This document shows positions 51,155 through 64,000 of a stretch of 64,000 bases of DNA, piece after piece. Below the pieces are notes generated by a model that saw only the letters and a program-made list of their open reading frames with translations, searched no databases and had not been told where the DNA came from. The stretch covers positions 14,262,001-14,326,000 of the forward strand of contig CM075988.1 of the NCBI GenBank assembly GCA_038087875.1, read 5' to 3'. The position numbers and the translations under genes were made by a program. How positions within the stretch are numbered: position 1 is the first letter of the stretch; every line of letters starts with the position of its first letter. The DNA comes from Malacoraja senta (Eukaryota).

Positions 51155-51440
51155 CCCTGCCCAATGTACCTTGTCAACCAAGGTGACAATCCTTTTTGAG
51201 CACCATATCTATTTGCACTCCTAGATCCCTCATCTCTACAACACACCCCAGTGCCCTGCCATTCATTGTGAAGGTCCTGCACTGGTTTGACTTCCCAAAA
51301 TGCAACACCTTGCACTTATCTGCATTAAACTCCATTAACCATTCCTCACCCCACTTGCCCAACTGCTCAAGATCCTGCTGTCATTTTGGATAATCATCTT
51401 TGCTATTTATGATACCACCCACCATCATAACCTGCAAGCT
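51155..51440 (-). mobile_element. CR1 RT fragment
   Basis: WLMEFNADKCKVLHFGKSN. Confidence 0.75.
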
Positions 51441-51517
51441 GCAGGTGGTGTAAGTATGTGCTTTATATTCTCCACCCACCATAATACTGCCCTTGTGCCT
51501 CTCTCCTTCCAGACAGC

Positions 51518-52590
51518 TAAGGAGTAAACGGGCCCTTTTCAGAATGGCTGGCAGTGACTAGTGGGGTACCACAAGGCTCAGTACTGGGACCCCAGCTATT
51601 TACAATAGATATTAATGATCTGGATGAGGGAATTGAATGCAACATCTCCAAGTTTGCGGATGACACAAAGCTGGGGGGGAGTGTTAGCTGTGAGGAGGAT
51701 GCTAGGAGGCTGCAAGGTGACTTGGATAGGTTGGGTGAGTGGGCAAATGCATGGCAGATGCAGTATAATGTGGATAAATGTGAGGTTATCCACTTTGGTG
51801 GCAAAAACAGGAAAGTAGACTATTATCTGAATGGTGGCCGATTAGGAAAAGGGGAGATGCAACGAGACCTGGGTGTCATGGTACACCAGTCATTGAAAGT
51901 AGGCATGCAGGTGCAGCAGGCAGTGAAGAAAGCGAATGGTATGTTAGCATTCATAGCAAAAGGATTTGAGTATAAGAGCAGGGAGGTTCTACTGCAGTTG
52001 TACAGGGTCTTGGTGAGACCACACCTGGAGTATTGCATATAGTTTTGGTCTCCTAATCTGAGGAAAGACATTCTTGCCATAGAGGGAGTACAGAGAAGGT
52101 TCACCAGACTGATTCCTGGGATGTCAGGACTTTCATATGAAGAAAGACTGGATAGACTCGGCTTGTACTCGCTAGAATTTAGAAGATTGAGGGGGGATCT
52201 TATAGAAACTTACAAAATTCTTAAGTGGTTGGACAGGCTAGATGCAGGAAGATTATTCCCGATGTTGGGGAAGTCCAGAACAAGGGGTCACAGTTTAAGG
52301 ATAAGGGGGAAGTCTTTTAGCACCGAGATGAGAAAATCATTTTTTACACAGAGAGTGGTGAATCTGTGGAATTCTCTGCCACAGAAGCTAGTTGAGGCCA
52401 GTTCCTTGGCTATATTTAAGAGGGAGTTAGATGTGGCCCTTGTGGCTAAAGGGATCAGGGGGTATGGAGAGAAGGCAGGTACAGGATACTGAGTTGGATG
52501 ATCAGCCATGATCATATTGAATGGTGGTGCAGGCTCGAAGGGCCGAATGGCAATTCCTGCACCTATTTTCTATGTTTCTATGTTTCTATG
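51518..52590 (+). mobile_element. CR1 LINE 3' portion, young
   Basis: [46 protein letters not shown]. Single stop codon, (TTTCTATG)n tail. Confidence 0.93.
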
Positions 52591-54248
52591 TCCAAGTTTA
52601 AATAGTGAGGAAGAAACACCGGCTCTTGATTTGATACTCCAAGCCACCAAATAATTCAGTCTTTCTCACTTTTCCTGCAGCATATTTGATAATGTGCAGA
52701 AATGGCTTGGAGGAAGGTTTTTCACGTGGCGAGTCACCAGATGGACACAAGCAGACCATGCCTAAGACAGGACAGAATGTTGCCAGTTCTCTGGAGGCAA
52801 GGTCACACACAAATGAGCATGTCGATGAGACAGCATATATACTAGGCTAATAATTACTTGGTGCGTTGGCAACCTGCCACATGGCTCAACTTCAATGTTA
52901 AAGAGCATACAGGAGCCCAACACCACCCTATCACAGAGGTTCGAGGCAAGCACATCCCTTGACGGGCATTGCAGATTGTGCAGTCTAAGTGGACTTCAAT
53001 CAGCACTGGTAAAACCCCACGTGGGAGACCAGTGCAAAAATGCTTCATCTACAACCCCTAGACACTGACTGCTTTCTGCCTATACTCCAATTGAGTTAGA
53101 CATATTTGTCATAAGGCATTGCATTCTGTTTACATCTCTCTTGCATGCTCCCAGTGTCCTCTGGTAATGAATGGTTCGACTATTCAGCCAGTTTATATTA
53201 GTTAGCCACTACAAGCAATATGATTTTGATATCGAGGAAGGTCTGGTCCAGAAAACACTGTGCAAATGGTTTTCACACAAATGGCTGTTTAATTGTTTCT
53301 CACATAAATTTCTCATGGAATTTCCCACCACCTCATGGTTCAAAAGCAATTTTATAATTATCACCGACATCAACAAATGTTGTCTGTCCTCATCGACACA
53401 CATGGATACCAACTGAAAATATTCAATCCAAATCAATTGGATGGGAGACTGGATTGCACCTTGACAAAACCATGCTGATAATCCTCAATTAATTCCTGCC
53501 TCTCCAAATGCAGATTAACTCTTTCCCTCAGAAATGGTTTGAATCATATCCTTACCACTAATGGTAGATGCAAGGTTCTTTGGCTAGATTCATTCATCTA
53601 GATTAGCTAAAATCTTGAGCTCTGCTTTAGCAGTGCTGGCACACCGATTGCTATAAAAAAAATTGCCTATTATTTCTACAGATTGTTAGCAAAATTCACA
53701 CAAGCCCCTTTCCAACATATACATGCAACGCTAGAATTAACCAATGGCATTTCGAGAGAACATGGATTGGTGATGTTACGGGTTGGGACCTTCTTTTCCA
53801 ATGTGGTGGCAGGCACAAATGCATAAAAACACGTTGGTGACCATAAAGAAGCAATTTGTCACTCATGGTATCCAAAGAGCGGACTGAAATTTATATTACA
53901 GCTATTCTGTCAAAGATTGCTGCAGAGAAAAATAGTTCTCATTAGTCTTACTGCAACATACAAGTATAAATTAGTGATAAATAGCTTGTAAGCCACTGTT
54001 TTTTTTTGTTATATATAAAATGCAACACAATGAATATATGGGACCCAAGGCAAATGAGAGTTGATTACTGACAGATATTTCTTGTGAAACAATGTTGCTG
54101 ATTATATTTTCAGCTGCTGCAACTTGGTCATTAACATATTTTGATAGTTTCTTTGTGGTACAGTGAATTGTTAGGCAGTGTGTGATTAATAATGTAGGTC
54201 ACAGGACTAATAAATTGGAAATTAAGGTCAATGCATCAGCCAAAGTCA

Positions 54249-54815
54249 TGCCTCTGTTCCACTTAGGCAATTTCTTAGGCGACTACAGGCGACTAGGCTG
54301 TCGCCACATGGTCGCTGGGGTGTCGCCTATATGGCCGTGAGTCGTCTCCTCAGTCGCCCAAAGAATCGTAGCGTTTTTCTGGTCGCCGCTGGATTTTGAA
54401 ATGTTCAAATCGTTTCGGTGACAGTCGGCGAAAGTTGGCTTGACACCAACGAGGGTAGCTGGACTTCTCCTGACGTAGGTGCTGTCGTAGGTTGTCGCCA
54501 GGATGACGTAGGCTGTCGCCGGTGCTGACCGGTGAATTCCATTGGCGGCTACCTACGTCAACCTACGTCTACGGGCGATAGGTACTAGAGACTGAATTGT
54601 CTTACCTTGTCGTAGCTTGTCGGGGGTGGACGTAGGTTGTCGCAGGTGGACGTCCTAATGGGTCGCCGGTGTCGGTAGCTTGCCACAGCTTGACGTCGAC
54701 TAGGTTGTTGTAAACATTGTCGTAGGGGGATCCAGTCGCCGTTTTTTCGGCGACCTGCTACGACTATGACAGTCGCCGGCAGTCACCGAAAAATCGCCTA
54801 AGTGGGACAGGCCCA
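54249..54815. mobile_element. PIF/Harbinger-type MITE rich in GTCGCC/GGCGAC subterminal motifs
   Basis: TIR ..CTGTTCCACTTAGGC / GCCTAAGTGGGACAGGCCCA, TCA/TTA flanks, CpG-rich. Confidence 0.78.
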
Positions 54816-55484
54816 TTAATCTATGATAGGCATGTTATATATTCTCCCCTTATCACACAAAATGAACAATATGCCGATGCAGGGCTGCATGTTAAGTGTG
54901 ACACAGTTACTGTAGTAAGAACCAATTTCGCATTTTTTTCTGGAACAGATCTTCCCCAACAACACAATCATATACATTGGCTGATGACTGAAACCATGCA
55001 TTTACCATTTGCCAGCGGCAGGTGCCAGCACAAAATGGTACAGATACAGGTACAAGCGACTATCTAAAAGCAAACTTTCTATCCAGCAATAAATAGCAAT
55101 CTGTTTTCAAATAATAATGTTGTTAACTGTTGACTGAAGTGTTTTATAATCTCAGTTATAATATTATAAAGTTGCCTAAAATGGACTGCAGTGACGGTGA
55201 TTCATTATTTATTTCTGTAAAGGAAAATCTCTTGGAAGTCTCCAAGTGAGGTAAATGTTCATACGCTCCGGGGAATGAACACTACATTATTTTTATATTT
55301 ATTCTCTCATAGAATACAGGCTTCACTGACTAGGTCAGCATTTATTCCTCATCCTTAGTTGCATTTGAACTGACTGACTTTCTATGACATCTCAGGAGTC
55401 TACACAGCTGTGGGTCCAGAGTCACAAACAGATCAGTCTGGGTGAACAAGGTGAATTTTCTTCTAATAAGGATATTCATTAGTT

Positions 55485-55785
55485 CATATGTGATAGGAGT
55501 ATCATAAGGCCATTCAGCCCATCAAGTCTATGCCACTATTCAATCATGGCTGATCTATCTTTTCCTCTAAACCCCATTCTCCTACCTTCTCCCCATAACC
55601 CCTGACACCCATATTAATCAAGAATCCGTCAAACACCACCTTAAAATATCCATAGCCTTCCATGGCGATGAATTCCACTGATTCACCAGGTACCCCCTAT
55701 TATTCTGAGGCTATGGTCTCTGTTTCTAGACTCTCCCACTAGTGAAAACATCCTCTCCATGTCCGCTCTATCCTGGCGTTTCATA
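55485..55785 (-). mobile_element. CR1 3' fragment
   Basis: ggccattcagccc..aatcatggctgatcta..ctagactctcccactagtg. Confidence 0.75.
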
Positions 55786-56020
55786 TTAGATATTAGAGAT
55801 GGCTTTGTAGTCACCAACACTGACAGTACTTTTTAATTTAATTTCCATGTTATTGAATGAACCAGGTTTTTAACAAAATGACCAGCTGCCATGTGCAAAT
55901 TGGATTCATAACTCCAGAAGTCCTACCCCAGTCACCTAGTCACTGCACTGCCATTGCCCACGGCCATTGTTGCTGTACCAGTGCACAAGGGGGTAGTGCC
56001 AGCAAAAAGGTTACTTCATG

Positions 56021-57990
56021 ATGAGTGGGAAGCCAGAGGATTGGGAAACTTTTAAAGAGTAACAGAAGATAACTAAAAAGGCAATACGGAGAGAAAAGAT
56101 GAGGTACGAAGGTAAGCTAGCCAAGAATATAAAGGAGGATAGTAAAAGCTTCTTTAGGTATGTGAAAAGGAAAAAATTAGTTAAGACCAAAGTTGAACGC
56201 TTGAAGACTGAAACAGGTGAATTTATTATGGGGAACAAGGAAATGGCAGATGAGTTGCACAGGTACTTTGGATCCGTCTTCACTAAGGAAGACACAAACA
56301 ATCACCCTGATGTATTAGTGGCCAGAGGATCTGGGGTGACGGAGGAACTGAAGGAAATTCACATTATGCAGGAAATGGTGTCGAGTAGACTGATAGGACT
56401 GAAGGCTGATAAATCCCCAGGGCCTGATGGTCTGCATCCCAGGGTACTTAAGAAAGTGGCTCCAGAAATCGTGGATGCATTGGTGATCATTTTCCAATGT
56501 TCTATAGATTCAGGATCAATTCCTGTGGATTGGAGGGTAGCTAATGTTATCCCATTTTTTAAGAAAGGCGGAGGGAGAAAACAGGGAATTATAGACCAGT
56601 TAGCCTGACATCGGTGGTGGGGAAGATGCTGGAGTCAATTATAAAAGACAAAATAGCGGCACATTTGGATAGCAGTAACAGGATCGGTCCGAGTCAACAT
56701 GGATTTACGAAGGGGAAATCATGCTTAACTAATCTTCTGGAATTTTTTGAGGATGTAACTAGGAAAATGGACAAGGGAGAACCAGTGGATGTAGTGTACC
56801 TAGACTTTCAGAAAGCATTTGATAAGGTCCCACATAGGAAATTAGTGGGCAAAATTAGAGCACATGGTATTGGGGGTAGGGTGCTGACATGGATAGTAAA
56901 TTGGTTGGCAGACAGGAAACAAAGAGTAGGGATAAACGGGTCCCTTTCAGAATGGCAGGCAGTGACTAGTTGGGTACCGCAAGGCTCGGTGCTGGGACCG
57001 CAGCTATTTACAATATTCATTCATGATTTAGATGAAGGGATTAATAGTAACATTAGCAAATTTGCAGATGACACAAAGCTGGGTGGCAGTGTGAACTGTG
57101 AGGAGGATGTTATGAGGATGCAGGGTGACTTGGACGTTGGATGAGTGGGCAGATGCATGGCAGATGCAGTTTAATGTGGATAGATGTGAGGTTATCCACT
57201 TTGGTAGTAAAAACAGGAAGGCAGATTATTATCTGAATGGTGTCAAGTTGGGAAAAGGGGAAGTACAATGAGATCTGGGGGTCCTTGTTCATCAGTCACT
57301 GAAAGTAAGCATGTAGGTACAGCAGGCAGTGAAGAAAGCGAATGGCATGGTGGCCTTCATAACATGAGGAGTTGAGTATAGGAGCAAAGAGGTCCTTCTG
57401 AAGTTGTACAGGGCCCTAGTGAGACCACACCTGGAGTATTGTGTGCTGTTTTGGTCTCCCAATTTGAGGAAGAACATTCTTGCTATTGAGGTAGTGCAGC
57501 ATAGGTTCACAAGGTTAATTCCCGGGATGGCGGGACTGTCATATGTTGATAGAATGGAGCGGCTGGGCTTGTATACTCTGGAATTTAGAGGATGAGGGGG
57601 AATCTTATTGAAACATGTAAGATTATTAAGGGTTTGGATACGTTAGAGGCAGGAAATATGTTCCCGATGTTGGGGGAGTCCAGAACCAGGGGCCAAAGTT
57701 TAAGAATAAGCGGTAAGCCATTTAGAACGGAGATGAGGAAAAACGTTTTCACACAGAGGGTTGTGAATCTGTGGAATTCTCTGCCTCAGAAGGCAGTGGC
57801 CAGTTCTCTGGATGCTTTCAAGAGAGAGTTAGATAGAAAAGATAGCGGAGCCAGGGAATATGGGGAGAAGGCAGGAACGGGGTACTGATTGTGGATGATC
57901 AGCCACGATCACAGTGAATGGCAGTGCTGTCTCGAAGGGCCGAATGGCCTACTCCTGCACCTATTGTCTATTGTCTATTCTATTGTCTAT
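56021..57990 (+). mobile_element. CR1 (HER1-like) LINE, 5'-truncated ORF2 RT with frameshifts
   Basis: [55 protein letters not shown]. 3' (CTATTGT)n tail. Possible TTCATG TSD. Confidence 0.93.
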
Positions 57991-58888
57991 TCATGCAGAA
58001 TGAGAAACATTTACTCAGAATAGAAATATAGAATTGACTGAGAAAAAGTCAAACACTGATCAAATAAGATATTAGTAGCCAGTGATGACAGGGCTACAGG
58101 GAAAATAAGCTCAGAGTTACCGAGGTGGAGCTGTGTTTCTTTTAACTTCAATGTACAAGGACTCTGAGTCTGAAAATGGTCTTCAGATAAATTCTAAAAC
58201 AATTGGCAAAACAATCTCCTAATAAAGCTCTTTCTTCACTGACCAACGGAAGGAAATAAATTGGCCTTGTTTTCTGTCAAAATTCCACGATCAAAGTATT
58301 TGTTAGTGATGACAAAGTCTTGCTAAAGCTTTTTCAGCCTCTTTACTCAGGTCCAAATATGGAGGCCTGGGTCAGTCACAAGAAACAGTCCTTTCCTTAA
58401 CATACATAATATGTTCTTTGTATTTCAGTGCACAGTTTCCAAACATTACAAAACCCGGAGGCAGAGTTAACTGTGAGGTTAGTAACAGATGTCAGGGAGA
58501 TAGGAAGGCTGGTGGAATATCAAGAGCCAAGAGTGTTTAATTGTCAGATGCACTGGCAGCGCAGCAATGCAATTCTTACTTGCTGCACATTAGCAGGCCT
58601 GTAAACATAATAAAAAACTAATAAATATATAATAATCAATAATATTAATGGTGTAAAACTGGTCTGTCGTGCAACCAAAGATACAGTCCATAGTTGCTGA
58701 GATAATGGCAAGTGTGGTGCATTGTTCAAAGAGCTGTTCTTGAACCTGCTGATCATGGTTTTCAGGCTCCTGTAATGTGTACCTGATAGTAGTTGCAAAA
58801 TGAGAGTATGGTCAGAATGTAGTGGATAGTTGGAAGATGAAAGGTAATGCTGTGAAATGGTGAGTGCATATATTTTGTTTGGAAGAAG

Positions 58889-59170
58889 GGGTGGCATGGT
58901 GGCGCAGTGGTAGAGTTGCTGCCATACAGCGCCAGATACACGGGTTCGATCCTGTCCATGGGTGCTGTCTGTATGGAGTTGGTGCCTTCTCCCTGTGACT
59001 GTGTGGGGTTTTTCTGGGTGCTCTGGATTCCTCCCACATTCCAAAGATGTGCAGGTTTGTAGGTGAATTGGCATCTGTAAATTATCCCTGGTATGTAGAA
59101 TAGAACTGGTGTACAGGTGGTCTGCAGGGACTCGGTGGGCCGAAGGGCCTGTTTCCACGCTGTATCTCTA
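58889..59170 (+). mobile_element. HE1-like V-SINE
   Basis: A/B boxes, V domain, CR1-like tail. Confidence 0.87.
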
Positions 59171-59539
59171 AAACTAAATAAAATTGTAAGTTTTATACTC
59201 CAGGAAACAATTCAAAAAAGGGTAAAAGGCAGAGAAACATTGGGTACCTGTACATGGTTTATTAAATGTAGCAGAATAGGTTGAGATAGCACACTGGTCC
59301 TCTGCTTTAAAGAGCAAGAAAGTCACAATGAATCTTCAAAATGAAGTATAGTCTCTCATTCTGAACATCATACTTTGGGAAAGATGTAACGACTTTGGAG
59401 AGGTTTCAGGAGAGTATCGTCAAATGATTCCAGCAAAGAGGAATTTTGGCTAAATGGATAGACTGGAAAAACTGTTTGCTCTCCATGTAAAAGAGGAGAT
59501 GTAGATATGTGGAAAGTAGTTTCCATTGGTAAAGATTAA

Positions 59540-60138
59540 AGGGGCTGTCCCACTTTGGCGACATAATCTGCGACTTCAGAAGAGTTTGCCCTTGACTCAA
59601 ACTCGCAGCATGGTCGACACGTGATCCTAGGAGGTCCTATGAGGTCACTGGAACTCTCCTTCATGCTCGACGGAAGTTCCCAAAGACTCGCGGCCTCAGC
59701 TAGGTCGCGGAAATTTTTTCAGCAAGTTGAAACATTTTCCGCGAGTAAAATTTGGTCGGCATGGTTCTTTTTAACTCATAATGCAGTGGAGTGGGGTCGC
59801 TATTTAGTTACAGGCTGTCGACGGCAGCCGTAGGCAATCTCTTTCGCTGACCAGGCATTTTGATTGGCTCATTGGAGTTTTCAGGACCAAAGAAAACCGA
59901 CCGGTAGGTAAAATGCCCGCTGAACTTTATTATACTTCTTAAAAGTGTCTGGCTTCTTAAAAGTGTCTCCACTCCTTCTCCCCCCCTTCTCTCCCCTTCT
60001 CACTCCCTCTCTCTCCCCCTCTCCGCGCTCTCTAAAGGACTTACTGTACACTGAGCAGCCATTTTTTACCTTCCTCTTCATCGCGGGTCTGAATTTCAGA
60101 CAGCGCTCCCCCGCTTTCCCTGGTCCCCGCCTTTGCGA

Positions 60139-60178
<40 letters not shown>

Positions 60179-60314
60179 GTCAGTCGATCTAGCTCGCGGT
60201 TTCAACGCTGACGGTTGATCCAGCTCGAGGTTTTCCAGGCGAGTGCCCTCGAGCTTGAAGGTCGAAGACAGTCTTCTTAACTCGTGGATTAGGTCGCCGC
60301 TGTGGGAAGCCCCT
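59540..60314. mobile_element. PIF/Harbinger-type MITE, same family as 20007-21441, opposite orientation
   Basis: TIR AGGGGCTGTCCCAC / GTGGGAAGCCCCT, TAA TSD on both sides, internal (GT)n at ~60139-60176. Splits a CR1 fragment. Confidence 0.85.
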
Positions 60315-61449
60315 TAAGAAACCTTAACCTTTACCAATGGAAAGGTTGGTATTTCATTGGGAGCCAAAAGAGCCAAAAGTCATGAAACAAAAGTGAGTGG
60401 TCAGAGTTTGGATTGCGTTGCCGTGGGTGGCCATGGATGCATATTCCATTGTAGTGTTGTACGGGACATGTAAAAGTATCTGAAATGAAACAATTCACAG
60501 GGATGTAGATGAGTGTTGGAGAATGGGATGAGTTAAATTATTTTTAAGTGGTGTTAGCACAGAATAGATGGCCTGTTCCTATTCAGTGATTTCTGATCTA
60601 TGAATATCTCTTGCCTGTGACTTAAAGCACAACTAGACAGACTTACGTCAAATGCCATTACAACATCATCAGCGTGAGCTCCAGGGATACAATGGGGTCG
60701 GCCAAGTTCAATACTCAGTGTGGCATTAATCCATCGGAAATAATACAGCTGCCATTCTATTTATTCATTCACAGACTGTGGACATTGCTGGCAATGCCAG
60801 CGTTGATTGTCTACCACATATTGTTCTTAAATTAAGGATGCAATTAAGAGTCAACCACCTAGGTGTGGGTGAAGAGTCAAAGAGAATGGAAATGGGCTCT
60901 TCGACCCAATTAATCTATGCTGGTCATCAAGCAGCTATTAACACTATTCTTACACTAATCCAACTTTATTCTCTACAGATGCTGCCTGTCCTGCTGAGTT
61001 ACTCCAGCATTCTGTGTCTACATTCGGTGTAAACCAGCATCTGTACATTTATTCTCTACATAATTCCCTCCCCAGAATCAATCACCTACCTACACACTGG
61101 AAGAAATGTACATTGGCCAATGAAACCATTTGGAGCCTCGTAAAGAGCAGACCAGGTAAGGCTGGCAGGTTTCCTATCCCGAATGACATCAATAAATCGA
61201 TGGGGAGACATTGGGTCAGGGGATGAGCTGGATTGTTGGCCGACTGGTGGTACATCAGCCATGATTTAAATGGTAGACTAGACTTGATGGGGCGAATGGC
61301 CTAATTCTGCTACTATCACTTATGAACATGATTTCTGACCATTAAGGGTATTTCCATTTTAATTATATGAACTGGAAAATTGCCTCTTTCTGTGCAAGTA
61401 ACCATTCTGTGATTCTTAAAGAAAATCAAGACTTTTGACAAAATACTTA

Positions 61450-62115
61450 GAACATGGAACATAGAAGAGTACAGCACAGGAATGAGCCATTCACACCACA
61501 ATGCTTATGCTGAACATGATGCCAAGTTAAACTCCTCATCTGCCTGTACATGATCCATATCTCTCTATTCCTTGCACTTGCATCTGCCAATCTCAAAGCC
61601 TCTTACATGCCACTATGTATCTGCTTCCCCACTACCCCTCGCAATGTGGTCCAGACGCCCATCACTCCCTGCGTTAAAAAACCTTCCCCGCACATCTCCA
61701 TTAATCTTCCCCCCCCTCACCTTATAGTTATGCCCTCTGGTTTGGGCCATTTCCACCCTGGGAAAAATATTCTGATTGACTACTCTATCTGTGCCTCTCA
61801 TAATTTTATACACTTCTATCGTCACTCCCCAATGGCTGACGTTCCAGAGTAAACAATCCAAGTTTATTCAACCTCTCTTTGTAGCTGAAACCCTCTAATC
61901 CAGACAGCATTCTGGTAAACCTCCTCTGCACCCTCTCCAAAGCCCCCACATCCTTCCTATCATGGGGAGACGAGAATTGCATGCATTACTCCAATTGTGA
62001 CCTAGTCACCATGAATTTCATGCTTCTTAATCTTCTGGATCAGCCTACCATGAGGGAATTTATCAAAGTCCTTCTAGAATCCTTGTATGCAACATCCACC
62101 ACCCTACCTTCATCA
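61450..62115 (-). mobile_element. CR1 3' fragment
   Basis: IEVYKIMRGTDRV..TRGHNYKVRG plus CR1 tail. Confidence 0.8.
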
Positions 62116-63189
62116 ATTTTTATTTTTATGTGTTTTATTTTTTATTTCTGATTTAGAATACATAGGTTTTTATGGTATAAAAATGGATGATAATGATTTA
62201 GAAATTTGCAATTCTTTCTAGCCCCGTCACAGTTCTGCAACTCATATCAAATTCTCATAAAGGCCACTGAAAGCAGCAGCAATGGAAAATATTAATGCAT
62301 TTTCACAGTTTTGAAACTGTGAAAATTTCTAGCCATGAAATGGGATCAGGATATTTCCAGTTAATTTTATTACAAGGAAATTCGGAGTCAAATCTAACAT
62401 TTCCTAACAAAGTTGGTTTGTGTCCGTCACTTCCCAACTCTCACATCTACAGAAGGCAGCCTGCTCTATCTACAGCACTGTCATCTGGACAGGTCACAAC
62501 CTCCAGATACAAACTCTAGAAGTTAGGTCAAAGACGTTTGTCCTGCTTTACGCTCTGTTAGTTGCTAACTGGGAGCCCAAACTGTTTTGTAACGTTACAT
62601 TGCAAATGTATTGACACGATGAGAACTGTTATTCACAGTACCAGCTTGTTGGTAAAGTACAGCTCTCAGTTCAGTTTACCCTCAACAGGGTGCAGATGAA
62701 TCATCTGTAAGGAAAAGTTGGTATTATTTTGTTGGAAAGTTAATTTCTGTTTAATTACTGCTGCTCATGCCATCTTTGACTACTAATTACTTCATAATAT
62801 TCATTGAGTCGACACGTACAGCAGGAAGCCGTCTCTATCTTGTAGGGTGCGAGCTGCCACCATTTTCACACTCTCTGAGCTGCTGAATAAGAAAAGTACT
62901 CACTTCAAGAACAGATATCTGTCATACTATATGATGTTACGCAGTTGACCAAAGTTTACTACCATCTTCCATGATGGGTTGTTATATTATTTGCACCCCC
63001 CCCAACCCCACCACACTCTAAGCCAACAAAATGGTTCCAGGTAAAATTCCCACTAAAATCCCTTGAATAAAAAATCCCTTCTAGTAGTTCAGTGCAATAT
63101 TTAGGAGGTGCTATACCAATGGAGATGCTATTTTTCAGGCATGTAGTCACAATGAGACTCCTTTAGCTCCTTCAAATTGAAGTAAAAAA

Positions 63190-63455
63190 GCAGCTGCCTC
63201 ACAGCGCCGGAGATCCAGGTTCAATCCTGACTATGGTTGTTGTCTGTGCGCAGTTTGCACGTTCTCCCTGTGACCCCCATGGTGTTCGGGTGCTCGGGTT
63301 TCCTCCCACATTTGTACGTTTTTTGGCTTCTCTAAATTGCCCCAAGTGTGTTGGATGCAAAAGTGGGATCACGTAGAAGTAGTGTACGGGTAATCAATGG
63401 TCAGCATGGACTCGGTGGGCCAAAGAGTCTGTTTCCATGATGTATCTCCAAACTA
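63190..63455 (+). mobile_element. HE1-like V-SINE
   Basis: Same family motifs. Confidence 0.8.
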
Positions 63456-64000
63456 AATGATCCCATGACACTATTCCAATTATTCCAATAAAGCAAAAAG
63501 ATGTTTTCCCATGTCTGACGAGTGTATTCTTCAACCAACATCACAAGAGTGATGACCCAAAAATCCAGCTGTTCATGTCCTCCAGGAGTTCTGCCTGATC
63601 AGCTGAGTTACTCCAGCACTTTGTCCTTTTCCTGATCACAATAATAGGAGAGGTGGTCATTTTCATATGTGCATCGTGTGCATAATGTCAGTTGAATTTT
63701 GGAAATCACAATAATAAATGCAATTGGTAAATTTTCAAAGTGTTGTACTTTATTTTAAAATCTTGAAGGAAAGAATTAGCACTAACTGCAACCTAATAGC
63801 TGTGCAACAATTAGCTGGTCATAGATAGAGAGACTCCATTAGCTCACATTAGATTGGATCACATTTAGAATGTTGTGGACTGTTTTGCCATCAAATTTAT
63901 TGAAAGCACTTTAAACTTGGCGTGATTGTGTGCTGCAGACAAAGCAGGTCGCTTTTTGAAAGAAAATCTGTAGATGTGAAAGTGGGGAAGAGACTGGCAC

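Noticed and set aside
52660..52810. Possible plus-strand exon after ttttcctgcag
   Set aside because: No recognisable open reading frame or homologue and no convincing donor site.

Overview
Eukaryotic genomic DNA, very probably from a cartilaginous fish (skate/ray-like), inferred from abundant HE1-type V-SINEs and HER1/CR1 LINEs. The only host coding sequence I can support is one 147-bp minus-strand exon (37812-37958) encoding the end of the first Ig domain of an IGSF9B/Turtle-B orthologue. No neighbouring exons were found, so the window is probably two very large introns. The rest is a dense, nested transposon landscape. It holds a degenerate but structurally complete DIRS1-like tyrosine-recombinase retrotransposon, an internally deleted CsRn1-lineage Gypsy LTR element, and a Penelope GIY-YIG 3' fragment with many short, often palindromic Penelope-tail insertions that carry a hammerhead-ribozyme-like core and 14-18 bp TSDs. 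It also holds a 5'-foldback L1 insertion, five Harbinger-type MITEs, a Tc1 MITE, a ~700-bp palindromic element, non-autonomous Helitron-like repeats, CR1, Rex1/Babar, RTE and L2 fragments, and DeuSINE remnants. Most ORFs in the supplied track are spurious or TE-derived. Family names come from motif recognition, not database searches, and boundaries of old fragments are approximate.
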